Shown: positions 10,476 through 23,092 of the stretch, piece by piece
How positions within the stretch are numbered: the stretch's first letter is position 1
Layout: every line of letters starts with the position of its first letter
Origin: Peribolospora baueri
Lineage: Eukaryota
Length of the DNA: 64,000 nt
Assembly: GCA_029717555.1 (NCBI GenBank)
Contig: JAMDHS010000015.1
Location: 186,001 to 250,000 of the forward strand
Direction of reading: 5' to 3'
The notes under the pieces: model-generated
Database searches by the model: none
Told to the model about the DNA's origin: nothing
What the model saw: the letters and a program-made list of their open reading frames with translations, nothing else
Program-made: the position numbers and the translations under genes

Positions 10476-12411
10476 TCAGTTGCCGTCGGTGTAAGTGTCC
10501 GTCGGGAGCTGGTTCTCGCCTTCCTTGACCTGCGAAAAGGCGCGAGAAGTGCGGATGGGACCACGAGATTAGAATTCAGAAATCGGCCCTTCCTTCCCCA
10601 AGTCCCAAGTCGATTCACACGCCGAACGTGCTAGGCTGGCTCTCCTATGCCTGACGTTCGCGTTCGGCTGACACACAAAGGAAAATGAACGTACCGCCTC
10701 GATGATCCTCTTCATCCTCTCGTAGACGGCGAAAACGATGGCCTGGCCGGGAGCGACACGGGCGACGCGCGGCGTGATACCCTTCCAGAAGGAGCGCACA
10801 CCCTCCTGCGCCCACATCTCGCCGGCAATCTTGGTCACTCGCGAGAGGGCCGTCTCGCCCGGCGCAGCTGCGGCACGTTGCAAACGCGTCTTGATGGTGT
10901 CTGGAAAAGGAAAAGGAGAATGGAGTGGAAGGATCATTGAGATGAGCTGACCCCGCCACTCAAGAGCGACAACAACAGGACATCGAACCAAACATCGAAC
11001 ATCGGCGACAGGCTGGCAAGACTGACCTATCGGTGCGTTAGAATAAGGTCCGAGAGCTCCAGAAATAAGGCCGAGGATCATAGCTTGGTAAGAGGGTAGC
11101 TCTTCCAAGTTTTGCTGCTTGAGCGCATGCTTCTTCATTTCTTGGAAGGCGGTAAAGTTAGCGGCTATCGTTATCGTCGTCGGCAGTGAGTGGTTCAGTT
11201 GGGAGATGGGAATAGAGGATGAGATAGTTCGTCAGATAGACGATGCAATATGGCGAGTCGAACTCGTCAAAGCGTTCTTCTTGTAGCACCCTACTCACCC
11301 TGGTTGGTAGCCTGCCTAGCGGCGGTAAGAGCGACACCGCGATAGAGGGCGCTAAATCCCTCCTCCTTGACGATGGTGTAAACGGCGTGAGCGGCGTTGC
11401 GGTACCGAGGCACCTCCATCGGGTCGGCGAGCGAGTGTTGCTGCGCCTGGAGACGGATTTTGACCACTTCCATAGGACAAACTACTGCTACTGCCTCGGT
11501 GGTACTGGAGAGGACGAAAGGGCAAGAGGAGAGCGGATGGAAAATATAAAGAACCATCGACGAGGAATGAATGGTGAGCTATTTGGGAATTGGCGCAGAA
11601 CTGGAGGAAAGAGGGAAGGCAGCCCGACTCACCCCGCTCCGAGACCAGCTTTTATAGAGATAGTTTGGAAAAGAGGCATTAAAGTCAAAGGGAGAGGAAA
11701 GACGTGAGCCATCCAATATCCAGGCCCTCCAAGCGCGCTCTGGACTAACACCAAAAGGGAGCTTGAGCTACGTACCAAGGAAGATGCTTTTCGTGCTGGT
11801 CTTGCCGGTCTGCTTATCAGCGAGTGCAGCCTTGTACCACTCAAAGCTCATGAACCTGATCGCCATCTTGGGTACGATGCCGGAAATAACAGCTCCGAGA
11901 CCTTTGTACAGTCCGAGGGGCGTCTCACGTCGGACGATGTGCGCGCCGGTCGCTATGAAGCCTCGCGGCTTCAAGGGCGCTCCTGACGCCTCGCCGCCGC
12001 GGCCTCGGCGGGAGAGCTGCATGCGCACTTTGATTGTGTCCAGAGCTAGGCAAGGGGTGAGGGGCGAGCGTCTGTCAGCGCTCCATCGTGCGCGCGCGCG
12101 CTCCGGTCGGGAAACGAAGATGAAGATACTCACGATGGCAAACGCACGCCTCTGCCAGACCAGCCGTTCCTCCTGCGATAAGGTGGACGGAGGGAGAGAC
12201 TGCGGGAAGCGAGAGAGGAGGCGACCGGAAGAGTCGGTCGGGCGAGCTAAAGAACGTCAGTGCCACCGTAGCGGGATAGTCGCTCCCTCCTTCTGTCCGG
12301 AAAGGAAGAGAGCTAGAACTACGACCTCATTCGGCACGACCACGCACCCTTCGGCTTTCCGACAGGCTTGCCATCGTTGTTGCCGTTGTCGCCCTGCTTT
12401 CGTTGGCTCAT
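10476..12411 (-). CDS. SFC1: Mitochondrial succinate-fumarate carrier
   Basis: Carrier motifs HLIAGGTAGLAEACVCHPLDTIKVRMQL, PMEVVKIRLQAQQHSLADP, RQATNQ, GITPRVARVAPGQA. Includes a ~17-nt microexon (AGLGAG) near 11632-11649. Confidence 0.93.
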
Positions 12412-12863
12412 CTTCGTTCTTCTGGTTTCGCCGTCTTCGGAGGCGGGGTTAAGACGGGGGGAGGGCTGGTGCTTGCCTGCGGAGAGCTGCTACTGCGTGG
12501 CGGGAACGTGTCTAGTGGGTCTGGGAGAGAGAGGACGGTTGGCGATGGCAGACGGAGACGGAGGATGGGAGATGGGCTTGGAAGAAATACCGGAGGATGG
12601 GATGGTCGAGCGCGGGCGGGCGGGGGCGAACGAGGAGTGCGGAGAGATGCGGAGTGGAGTGATGGACGAAGAACGGAGTCGGGTCGACGGGTGCGGAGGA
12701 AGGGTCGAGCGAGCGAGGCGAGCTTGGTCCGGTGTGAGTGTCAAAGAGGAGGAGTTGGCCGTCGAGCATCGACCGGCGCACATAATAAGTAGTTTCACAA
12801 CTTCTTCCCATCCCTCTTTACCTTACTCCCTCCCTCCATCCCGCTCTGACTCGCCGACTCTCA

Positions 12864-13460
12864 CCGGTCACGTCCATCCCGGAAAGGAGGGATCGAGTGC
12901 GGGGGAGGGAAATCGCATGTGACGCTCCGCGCTCGATCATCTTAGGGTTACACCGGACCCCGTCCCGATTCGCTCCGGGTCGGAGGTCATCGGGTCGCGT
13001 GAATTGCGGCCGCATCGTCCGGACGAAGGAAAGCCGGAAGACAGGCCCCCGGAGACCGACGAGCGCAAACTAACATACAACCATGCCATACCGCGTTGTA
13101 ATACGAAGGGAGCTTAGCGGCGGGGAGGTGGAGGTATGGATGGATGGGATGGAAAAACAAAACTTCCGCTTCGTCATGCCGATCAGTCGGACTGGACTGG
13201 ACTGACTCCTTCCCAGGTCGTGTGCGCATCGTCGGTCACTCCGGACGAGACCCACCTCTACGACCGAACGATGAAGGAAGGAAGAAGGGATAACTTTAAA
13301 GCAAGCGGAAGCCGTTTCCAGCAGGTGAAGGGCCGGGAACGAACGCGGGATGGGCCAGTGGAGAAGGAAGGACATGCAAATCCCGCACCCTCCCTATGCC
13401 ACCGGTCAGTTGGGCCCCTGGAGACGGACCTATGTCCGCCGGAGAGATGGCTTTCCGGAG
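12864..13460. promoter_or_regulatory. Cluster of CCGGA half-sites upstream of SFC1 (candidate Zn2Cys6/CSRE-like sites)
   Basis: CCGGA on the + strand at 12879, 12953, 13019, 13034, 13049, 13241, 13439 and 13455. Confidence 0.35.
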
Positions 13461-13578
13461 ACCCGTCGGCCTCTTTCCCACCTTGCTTGCAGACGTCGGT
13501 GAAACAACCACGGTGGCAAGTTACATATCGCACAATTCGACAGTCCCGCGCGCATCATCTCTCGCTCATTCCCTACGT

Positions 13579-15824
13579 TTACACAGGCCTCGGCCACGCA
13601 GCCCCATAGGCGTCTCTCCGACTCGCGCCCCCTCCAATGTCGAGGTAGTCGGGCTCCGGCGCTGGACCTTCGTCTGTTACGACGAGACGAGCGAGGAGAA
13701 ACGGAAAGAAAAGGGCGCGTTAGTCATTCGCCCCACGCCCACTTCCGCCAGGGAGGCGGATCTTCGCTTGGACCCCCACTGGCGAGGATGCCACGCCTGC
13801 CGATTCCACTTAAGAGCTCTGCCGACTCGACCGATCCTGCCGCCACTCACCAGGCTCCAAGATCTCTCCATCCCCCTCCGGCCTTCCCTCGTCCTCCTCG
13901 TCCTCCTCATCTTCCTCCACGTCCCCGGCAGCGCCTTGTCGCGACTTCTCTCCAGCTGGGCCAGCGGCAGCATCAGGACCCTTGCCCGACACGGACATGT
14001 CGCGCATCAGCCTCTCGATCTGCTCGCGCTTCTGGGCTTCTCGCTTCTCCTCCTGGTCGATCAGATCCAGTCGTGAGGAGGACGGCCCGAGACAGGGAGG
14101 GCGCAGGGAAAGAGAGGGAATGCTCCGTCAGACGACTGGACCCTCGAGTTTGGCTCTGATCCGCGCTCTTACTCACGCGTTGTCGAATTTTAGCCTCCAG
14201 CTCAGGTCGATACTCGCTATGAAGCGAGTAGAGAAAGAGGAGGAAACACGCCAAAAGGAGTCGACATCAGTTCTAAAGTCAGCGCGACAGAGAAGATCCA
14301 GACTAAGGAGACCGGCGAGATAGCCTCTCTTGGCGGCCGACCGCAGGACAAGACGCCCATGTAGGTAGAGAGGGTCAAATAGCTCGAAAAGTATAGTTCC
14401 TTCAACCCACCTCTCATATTCCTTCCTCGCCTCTTCCACCGCCCTGAAGAAATCGTCCATCCCTTCGCCCGTCATGGCGGACACTCCTACCGCCTGTATG
14501 CACGAGCCAAAGAGAAGTGACGTCCGAAACCAAACAAGGCGGCCAAAGAGAAATCAGCCAGTCAGTCAAGTCAATACACAAGAGGAAAGGAAAACAAAAA
14601 AGGAAGGTTGAACCCGCTGGCGCACCCTGAGATGTTTGTAGAACTCGTCCAGCACCAAGCTCATGCTGTTCATCAGACTGTTCATGTAACTAGGCTCGCC
14701 TTCGCCCGATCCACCTCCTGCCGTTCTGGCCGTAGGTTGTCCCGAAAGCGGCAACCCGGCATCGTGTGCAGAGGTGGCCTCGCCGGAACGGAGGGCGTCC
14801 TGGAAGGCTTCAAAGTCGCGCATCCACTCAATGGCAAAGTCGTGCCGGCGGACGTCGGTCTTGTTGAAAACTAGGATGAAGGGAAGTTTGGTTTTGTATA
14901 GAATGCTAGAGGAGGTAAGATGGACAGATATAGAAAAGGAAGGTAATCAGTCAATGTTGAGCATCCAGCAAACACTCTTTTGCCCCCCCCCCATCCGAAC
15001 ATCATTGACCGACTTGGTTCACTCACCTACAAGCGTACAACATGTTGCTCATGAATGTGGCAGGCGCGGCGGTACGAGGCGTGTCAATTACGTATGCCAC
15101 GACGGTGGGCAAGGAGGAGGCAACGGCGTCGGTGATGATCGAGCCTGAGGCGGACCAGGTGAAGATTTCGATTTGGCCAGGCGTATCGAGAATGATATGT
15201 CTGTAGAGAGATAGAATAGTCCATAATGTCTAATTGGGCCTTTCCCATGGATTCTGATGCCATTTGGGAGGACGATCGGAGCACTCACTCCACATCGTTC
15301 GCCCTTTTTTCCAGATACTCCAAAACCTGGTCAAACTTTGTAGTGAAGAGGTTCAGTGCTGTGAGGATGCCTCCGTTGGGGCCGAGGTTGTACCTAAGTG
15401 TCGTGGAGAGCAAGAAATAGCATAAAGTATTAGAAGTGCCCGAGAGGCAGATCAAACTACGCCTTGGCATGAGGGTCCCTCGGCTCCGCGTAATAACTCG
15501 GCTGGGAGACACGCACTGCTTCATAACCTCGCTGTAGTCCACCGTGTCTCTAATGTCAATGTTCGCCTCAAAAGGCAGCTTTCCCACAGCTGGATCAAGG
15601 TTGACCACGTAAGGAGGCCGTTTCTGCGAGTGCAAGTGGCTGTTGAGGCGCTGGACGAAAGAGGTCTTGCCTGAGCCGGCCATGCCGATGGTTAGGATCG
15701 TCGTTGCGCGCGGCAGAGGTTTGAGGGGAGAGGCCGTGGAAGAAGCGGGAGCGGAAGAGGAGGATACGGGACAAGTGCCTGTTCCGGAAGCCCCCTCCCC
15801 TGCCGATGCGGCTTGCGATGTCAT
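13579..15824 (-). CDS. NPA3: GPN-loop GTPase 1 (Npa3/XAB1)
   Basis: GMAGSGKT P-loop, [46 protein letters not shown] and an acidic C-terminal tail. Confidence 0.95.
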
Positions 15825-16171
15825 GACGAATTGTAAGGTAGCGTCGACGTCGACAAGAAGGACACACCAAGACCAAAAGCGAAAGTGCAACTCGGCTTCG
15901 CGTCGATCACTTTGCCGCAGTCTTTCCCGTGGCTGGCCGCCCGTCTACGGCCGCATGTCTCCGCCCATCGGCCCGGCCACGAGGTTGAACGACCTGCTGC
16001 GGCGGCGCGCTCCACACTGACACCTAGACGACTGCTGGAGGTAGTATTCTTCTCAGCACCCATCTGCGCAACGCCGTCCGTCTCTGGCACTCTTCTTCTC
16101 CTCCTTGCAACTGCCGTCCCAGTGCGGCGCAGTACAGCACAGCTAACAAGAACCGCCGGGACGACGGCAAG

Positions 16172-17304
16172 ATGTACAGCACCCTCCAGCGGCTCAACGC
16201 GGTCTCGGCCCTGTCCACGAGCGCCGTCTTGATCCTCCTCGCCGCCGTTAGCTTCACCACCTTTGTCATTCCTCACAATGCCAAGGCGGACGTGGCGATA
16301 AAATCTCTAGAGGTGTAAGTGCTTGCCTCACTTGTCTTGGTGACAGGCTAACTGGGCTGTCACATTGCGGATGGACGTGGACGGGCGCTGGGAATAAGTT
16401 TTGATACCAACGGCTCGCCTCTCCCCTCCCTCCGCCCGCCTCACATCGGCAGGTTCAAGGGCCGTCAGCAATACCACGGAGATCCAAGGCGACAGGAGTT
16501 TCTCTTTACCAAGTTCAACATTGACGCTGGTGAGTCGTGTGTCTTGGCTCTTGGGCATTGCGGTCGCCTAGGCGATCAGCATAGATTATTCTACGCATCC
16601 TTCCTCCTAAACTGGTCTGACCTGTGCTTTGTTGTGTCTTCCTACCTGCTCCTCTTCACTTCTATGCACCGTCGCGCAGACTTTTCGTCGCTCTTCAACT
16701 GGAACACCAAACAGGTCTTCTTGAGCCTTACGGCGGAATACGAGTCCCCTAAGCATGTGTGTATATCCCCATTCCTTTGGCGTTTTTGTCGCTGTCTGGC
16801 TCGAAACCACGCAGGCGAGCGCTAAAAAAATATCCTTCCCTTCCACTCACTTCCCTGCCCCGCTCTCAACCCACGCCCTCGCCTATACTGGTCTCCGCCT
16901 TTCTCCTTACGCCGCCACCAGCCAAAGAACGAAGTAGTGGTCTGGGACCGCATCGTACGAACAAAGGACGACGCGCACGTCGTCATTCCAGAGGTGCACA
17001 ACAAGTACGGCTTCCGGGAAGTATCGAAGAGCTTCAGGTGAGCGATCCGGCGTGAGGCAGAGCCCGGCGTTCCGACGCGCGGGTTCACGATGGCTCGATT
17101 TCCGTCATCGGCTTTGGTGGGAAGGAAAGGATATTTACCCGCCGTTCCTTCTTCCCCTTCTTCCTCACCCTCACACGTTTTAGCAACGTAAACTCCACCA
17201 ACTTTTTCCTCCGCTGGAACGTCATGCCTCACGTCGGCCTGCTCACCTACGGCGACGCCGGCCGAACCGGCGAGCTCCTGATACCGGAGATGCGCTCTGA
17301 ATGA
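16172..17304 (+). CDS. SPC3: Signal peptidase complex subunit Spc3/SPC22
   Basis: MYSTLQRLN plus TM segment; DFSSLFNWNTKQVFLSLTAEY; KNEVVVWDRIV; LRWNVMPHVGLL. Confidence 0.93.
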
Positions 17305-17682
17305 TGGCAGCTAGCTTTTTTCACATATGGTCGGAAGCGAAGCGAAGGGACGGGACGGTCGTGTGGATCTGCTTGACTTGACTGGGCACGGGGATATGCC
17401 GTGGAGGCCCTGCAGTCTTTACTAGGCGGCGACGAGGCTGTCCTGGTGCCGTTTGTAGACAACCGCGGACGATTGGATACCTCGTAATACTCATCGTTAC
17501 AACAAAACCCAACCCAACCGAAGATGAACGGAATGGAAAAGCTGCGCCCGTGACTACGGATTTGCATCTTTCCATCATCGGACGGCCTGCTCGCTAAAAA
17601 TTCAATGCCGAGTAGTACATGAACAGAGTGTGCCTCGTGCGACCGCACCTCTCGGCGCGTCGGCCGAAACGCGGATGGAGGA

Positions 17683-18858
17683 TCAAAGGAGCGTTTTGAG
17701 CGTGGAGAGGGTCTCGCGGATGGAAGCGCATTTGCTGGTTCCGTCCGTCGGGTCGGCAAGCGGCGTATAGGGACGGATGAGGAAGGCAGGGGTTAGCAGG
17801 AATAAAACGCAAGGAAGAGGGAGGAACGCAGAGGGGGGCGGGTCTCTACTCCACCCGTCGCGACGGCCGGCCGTCGGCTCACCTGCGTATATGCTGCGTT
17901 TCCCGTTTTCGGCGGTCCAGTTGAGCTTGGAGCATCAGTTTGAGCGTCTCGCGTGCCTACAGAGCGACGGAAGGAAGGGGCGTTTAAGTGAGGAGCGCGC
18001 GGAGCCGGGATGAGTCTCACCGGCGCCTCGACGCACCTGAACGGGCCTCAGCTCGTTGCACAAATGGTGCATGTTCGTCGCCGCCACCCTGATGTGCTCT
18101 ATCAACGCCTTGTTCTTTAGGCTGAGCGTCCACCGGCCTTCGGGGTGGTCGTACGTGGGAGGTTCCCAAGTGACGTCTTGGTCTGGGGCCGTTGTGGCAA
18201 GGGAGGAGAGAAGAGAGAGATAGGTGTGGAGGATGGTGAGGAGGAGGGCGTGAAGCGGTGGGCGTGGGTCTGGGAAGGGAGAGGGGAGCCAAGCAAGTCA
18301 GACGCAGGCCGGCGGTGTTGGCGAAGCGTGGCGAGTGGGTGCGCGCAAGCGTACCGGGTGAATCCTTGGGATAAAGCTGTGGAACGCCGCTCTCCTCGAG
18401 CGAAAGCAGTCGCTCGGTGATCTGAGCGAGTCGAAGTGAATGGCAAGCAACCATTTCCGTTGAGCATCGCACATTGGCCAGCAGCGAGCGTGCGGACGAT
18501 GGCAGCGACACCCCGGCAGACGCTCGACCAATTCGGTCTGAGCAGGACTCACGGGCCACGTCTCCCCAAAGCTCCTCCAGAAGCCTTCCTCCTCGATCCA
18601 ATCCACCCTCGGCGGCTCCAGCTCGTCCTTGAGGTCCACGTCCTCGGGCACGTCCTTCTGGTCCTTGAGCAGCTCCCTCTGCCTCTCCAGGCGCTCCTCC
18701 GCCGCCAGGACGTTTCCGGACTCGCCCTCGCCCTGCTGGTGTGTCTCGGCGAGCCGCTCGTTGAGAAGGCCAAGCAGCCGGAGATTGTGCTCGGTGAAGA
18801 GGGCGTGCCGCGCGGGAGGAGGAGGGAAGATGGAGTCGGCCACCGCTTCTTGCTCCAT
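17683..18858 (-). CDS. MED7: Mediator subunit 7
   Basis: SIFPPPP at the N-terminus, LEPP...WRSFGETW, GVPQLYP, NMHHLCNELRPVQARETL. Confidence 0.9.
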
Positions 18859-19120
18859 CTTTGCCGGTGCGTTAGCGAGGCGAAGCGCTGGGTGTTGGTG
18901 TTCGCTTCCAACACGACCCCCTTCCTCCGTCCAGACGACGACCCGACCCTTCTGCGTTCCATCGCCGATCGTCGTCCCCCAAATCCAAATCCAGACGCCG
19001 CCACGTGCCACCGCCGGTCTTCTCGATCATCGCGACAGCGAGACAGACAGGTGAGCATCCACTTGACCCAGAACACCATCCCACCCACGGACCCCGACGA
19101 AGCGAAGGAAAAAGAAAACG

Positions 19121-20650
19121 ATGCCGAAGACCATCATCAACCCCTCCGTCCTCGCCTCCGACCTTGGACAGCTCACCGCAGAGTGCAAGAGGATGATCAA
19201 GGATGGCGCAGATTGGCTGCACATGGGTCAGTGTCCCTCTCCGCACCACCGGTAGTGGGGCCCGATCGTCCTTCTCCATCGTTATCGTTGGCCGTGATGG
19301 GCGCGATGCCGTCGTTTGCATGATTGGCTGCTTATTCTATCATCCATGCCTTTTGTTTCTGCTGTGCTTTGTCCGTTTTTATTTTTGTCATTGGCTCTCT
19401 CTTATAGACGTCATGGATGGGTGAGGACCAGATCCTTGGCGGCAGCCACCGCCCTCAAGCTCTTGTTCGGCCAGCACTCGCTATCTTTCCACGTGGACTG
19501 TCGAGTGCCGCTTCTGTCTGCGTTTGCTTACCCGCCTTGCTTGTTTTCTTTGTCGTTTCTCTTCTCTCGCACCCAAAGCCACTTTGTTCCCAACATTGTC
19601 CTTGGTGAGAATAGGGTTCATTCGTCCAGAGCTTGCAACCGGCGCCCGGCGCCTCACCCGTACGTTACTGATTCTTCCATTTCCTCCAACTGCGAAATCT
19701 AGGCGCTCCGGTCATCTCTTGCGTTGCTCAAAGCGTCCCGGGCATCTTCATGGACTGCCATATGATGGTCTCTAATCCCGAGAAGGTGAGTGACCTTCGA
19801 TGGCCACTCGGTGGCCGAGAGGAAGCGTGAGCACGTCGCTGAAATTTGCATGTTTGCTCATCTCCAAACGTCCCCGGAAATCTTACGACTGGGCCGATGG
19901 CAGTGGGTGGACGATTTTGCAAAGGCGGGAGGAAAGCTGTATACGTTCCATTACGAAGCGACGAGTGAGCGTTCCAAGCCCCTTTATCCCCTCCGGGAGA
20001 CGTCTCGCTCACCCATCTTCCGACTCGCCCCATAGAAAATCACATGGCGTTGATCGACCAAATCCATGCGGCGGGTATGAAAGCGGGCGTGGCCATCAGT
20101 CCTGGAACGAGCGCGGACGTGATCACCGACGAAATCGGACACAAGGCCGATCTCCTGCTCGTCATGACCGTGGAGCCCGGGCGCGGAGGGCAGAAGTTTA
20201 TGGAGAAGTGTGTGCCCAAGGTGAGCGGACCAGCGAGCGGGAGCGAACACGAACCCCTTGTATCTTTAACGACCGTCCTCAACGCGCCTATCTCCTTTTC
20301 CTGCAGATCGCCGACCTCCGCGCGCGATTTCCGGAAAAGGACATCGAGGTGGACGGAGGCGTGGGCCCGAAGACGATCGCTCCATGTGCAGAGGCGGGTG
20401 AGTTGCGCAGTCTCCGCTTTCTCTTGTTTCTCAGGTCTCCCGTCTCCGGGTGCGCCGTTATTGTCTCACTTTTTCTCTCCCCTTTGTCTGTCTCCCTCTC
20501 TACTTCGTTGCAGGGTCCAATGTCATCGTCGCCGGTACGGCTGTCTTCTGCGCTCCGTCCCCTGCCGCCGTCATCGCCGAGCTGAGGGCAAAGGTGGACC
20601 AAGAGCAAGCCAAGCTGGCTGAGAAACGGAAGAAGGGGGGCAGTATATGA
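19121..20650 (+). CDS. RPE1: Ribulose-phosphate 3-epimerase, 8 exons
   Basis: IINPSVLASD, DWLHM|DVMDG|HFVPNI, DCHMMV, YTFHYE, LLVMTVEPGRGGQKFM, IEVDGG, NVIVAGT. Confidence 0.96.
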
Positions 20651-21416
20651 TGATATGATGGAGGTGGCTTGGAGGACGTTCAAGGATCGGAGATGCGGCA
20701 GTCAGTCCGGCTTTCGAACGAGTCGTATCATGCGCGTCGCGGCGGGGCGACGGGGCAACGGGATGCAGTCGAGCACGCGAAGGGCGGGTTTGTTTAGAGA
20801 ACTAGGGCTCTCTCCGATGACTGGACTTGGCCTCGATGAGGCGCGGCAGGGCCAGAGCGGGATGGTGGCGAACGGACGAAGGAACGAACGGGGCGAGCGA
20901 CGGCTGGAACTGATCGACCCGAATAGTAGAAACGCGTAGGCAAGGCTTTTGCTTCCCCCCCCTCCCCAACCCTCCTTCTCTTCTTGGACTTCATCCGACT
21001 CCGCCACCCCTTTCTCATCTACTAGCTTTTGGCTTGGCTGCCAGGTCCACAATCCCTCACTTCTCTTCCCTTCCCTTCCTTCCTTCTTATTTCTCTCTCT
21101 TGAGCCCAGTCTGCCAGTCCAGTGGTCCAGCGACTGGGACCTACTCTCCGACGGTCCATCAGACCTTTTTTTCGGTATTCTCTCTTTTTTATTATGTCAT
21201 ACCGTCCATCTCTTAGGGTTTCCTCTTTCGCTTACGCTAACAAGTTCAGGGTTTTGCGGAATACGTTCCATAGCTTTTGCAACGTTTTGTTTGCCGCTCT
21301 ATCCGTCCGTCGTCGTCGATCCGTCCGTCGCCCGTCGCGTGGGACCTCGTTTTCGAGCCCGGCCTGTTTTGCTTCTTAGACATGGAAGGCGACGACGTCC
21401 GATTCCGGGAAACGCG

Positions 21417-22723
21417 TCAGAACACCTTGCCGAGTACATCATCGAGTGCAACACCGCCCTCATCCACAACTCTCTTGGACTTCTTCGTCCCCCTTCTCGT
21501 CCCTTCTCCCTCCCACTCCTCCCCATCGCCCCCTTTCTCTTCCCTCTTCTTCTGCCGATCAAGGTCGGATACCTGAGAGAAGATCGGCTTGCGCTGCGTG
21601 AACGTGAAGCTCTTCCTCCCCTTTCCTTCCTTCCCCTCCTCCTCCATCCCTGCGCCCTTGCGCCCAGCACCGCTCTCCGCACCACCATCGCCCTCCTCAC
21701 GCAGCCGCTTCCTAGCCCTCTTCTCTTCCTTGGACGCCATGACCCGCGCTCGCTCGACCTTCTTCAGGTAGTCTCGCTGCTCGACGCGGGATTGGGTGAG
21801 CTCGGTCCGAAGTCTGGATTCGTGAGAGGCCTTCTCGTAGGCTATGGGAGGGCGGCAGGCAGAAAAGCAAATGAAGAAGGGAGGCGGTTAGAGGTCGTCC
21901 ATCTGTCACCTATCGGCGGGACGAAGCTTGACCGGACCCGGCGCACCGGCGGACGGAAGACTCACCAATCTGCTCGGTGAGCATGTTCCACTTGAACCCG
22001 GGCAAATACTTCATCGTCCAGATGTCGTCCCTCCACGGGCTTCCCTTCTTTCCGCCGATCGGTCGCGCGTTGAGCATCTCCGCGGCCACCTTGGCCACCT
22101 TCTTGTCCGTAAACTCCACCCAGCCTTCTGTGTAGCGCGTCTTGCGGGACATTATGCCTTTGCGTCGGTTCGCGGCGTCTATTTTGGTTTGAACAATAGC
22201 GCGTGGAAAGATGAAGAGGATGGAATCAGCCGTGTCCTAGATCTCCCTCGCTCATTCCGAACCCAGCATACGTACCTTCTTGCTGCAAAAACACCCTTCC
22301 TATCTCCCCAAACTGACCCAGGATATGCTTTACTTTGGCTGGTTTCATTCCGGGGGGGATCCTCGAGATGTACACGATGCCAGACTTGCGTTGGCGGGCT
22401 TGGAACTTGGCCAACTCCGCCGGCGTCAGGGGTTTGACGACGCGCTCCGGCTTCCCGTCCTCGTTCTCGCTGGTCGACTGTGACGCCAAAGGTTCCCTTT
22501 CATCGCCAACGTCTTCCTTTACCTGATCGTTGTCGCTCTCCATGGCTCGCTCGCCCACGCCGTCGTCGCCGTCTTCCCCGTCGCCCGAAACTTCAGACGG
22601 CTCTCGCTCCTTGCCCTTGGCTTTAGGACTCTTCCTCTTCCTCCCATCCCCAAATCCCTTGTCGGACGACCCGAAGCGATCGTCGTCCGACCAATCGGTA
22701 GTTGAAAATCGGCTGTCCGCCAT
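21417..22723 (-). CDS. ESF2: Pre-rRNA processing protein Esf2/ABT1
   Basis: [53 protein letters not shown]. Confidence 0.95.
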
Positions 22724-22823
22724 AGTGCCCGCGCAGGTGGAGATGTCTGGGGGGTGGTTCCGAGAAAGCGTCAAAGCAAAGGTATCAACGTTTGCTGGAT
22801 GGGTCTGGAAAGACTGCGGCGCG

Positions 22824-22831
22824 GAGATGAG
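22824..22831 (+). promoter_or_regulatory. PAC-like motif GAGATGAG in the ESF2/IPI3 divergent promoter
   Basis: Matches the G(A/C)GATGAG PAC core and lies between two ribosome-biogenesis genes. Confidence 0.3.
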
Positions 22832-23092
22832 CGGCGTTGACTGGCTTGGCATAAAACGATCGTCCTGTGCCGCAGTTATTGGAAATACAGTGTCCGTTGC
22901 TGAGGGTGGACGTTGATGAGGACGACGACGAGGCAGCACAACGACGTCGAGCGTAGACGACAACGTGAACGAGGCCGACTACTGGGTTGACGAGTCGCCG
23001 TATATCTGGACGGGGGTGCAACTGTCCGCGTCTGCGCCTTTACTCTGTGACCGACTCTATCTTCGCCCTCCTTCCCCAGCCAACTCTCGACC

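Noticed and set aside
20949..21980. 343-aa hydrophobic + strand ORF
   Set aside because: Antisense to the purine-rich ESF2 last exon and 3' UTR. The hydrophobicity comes from CT-rich sequence.
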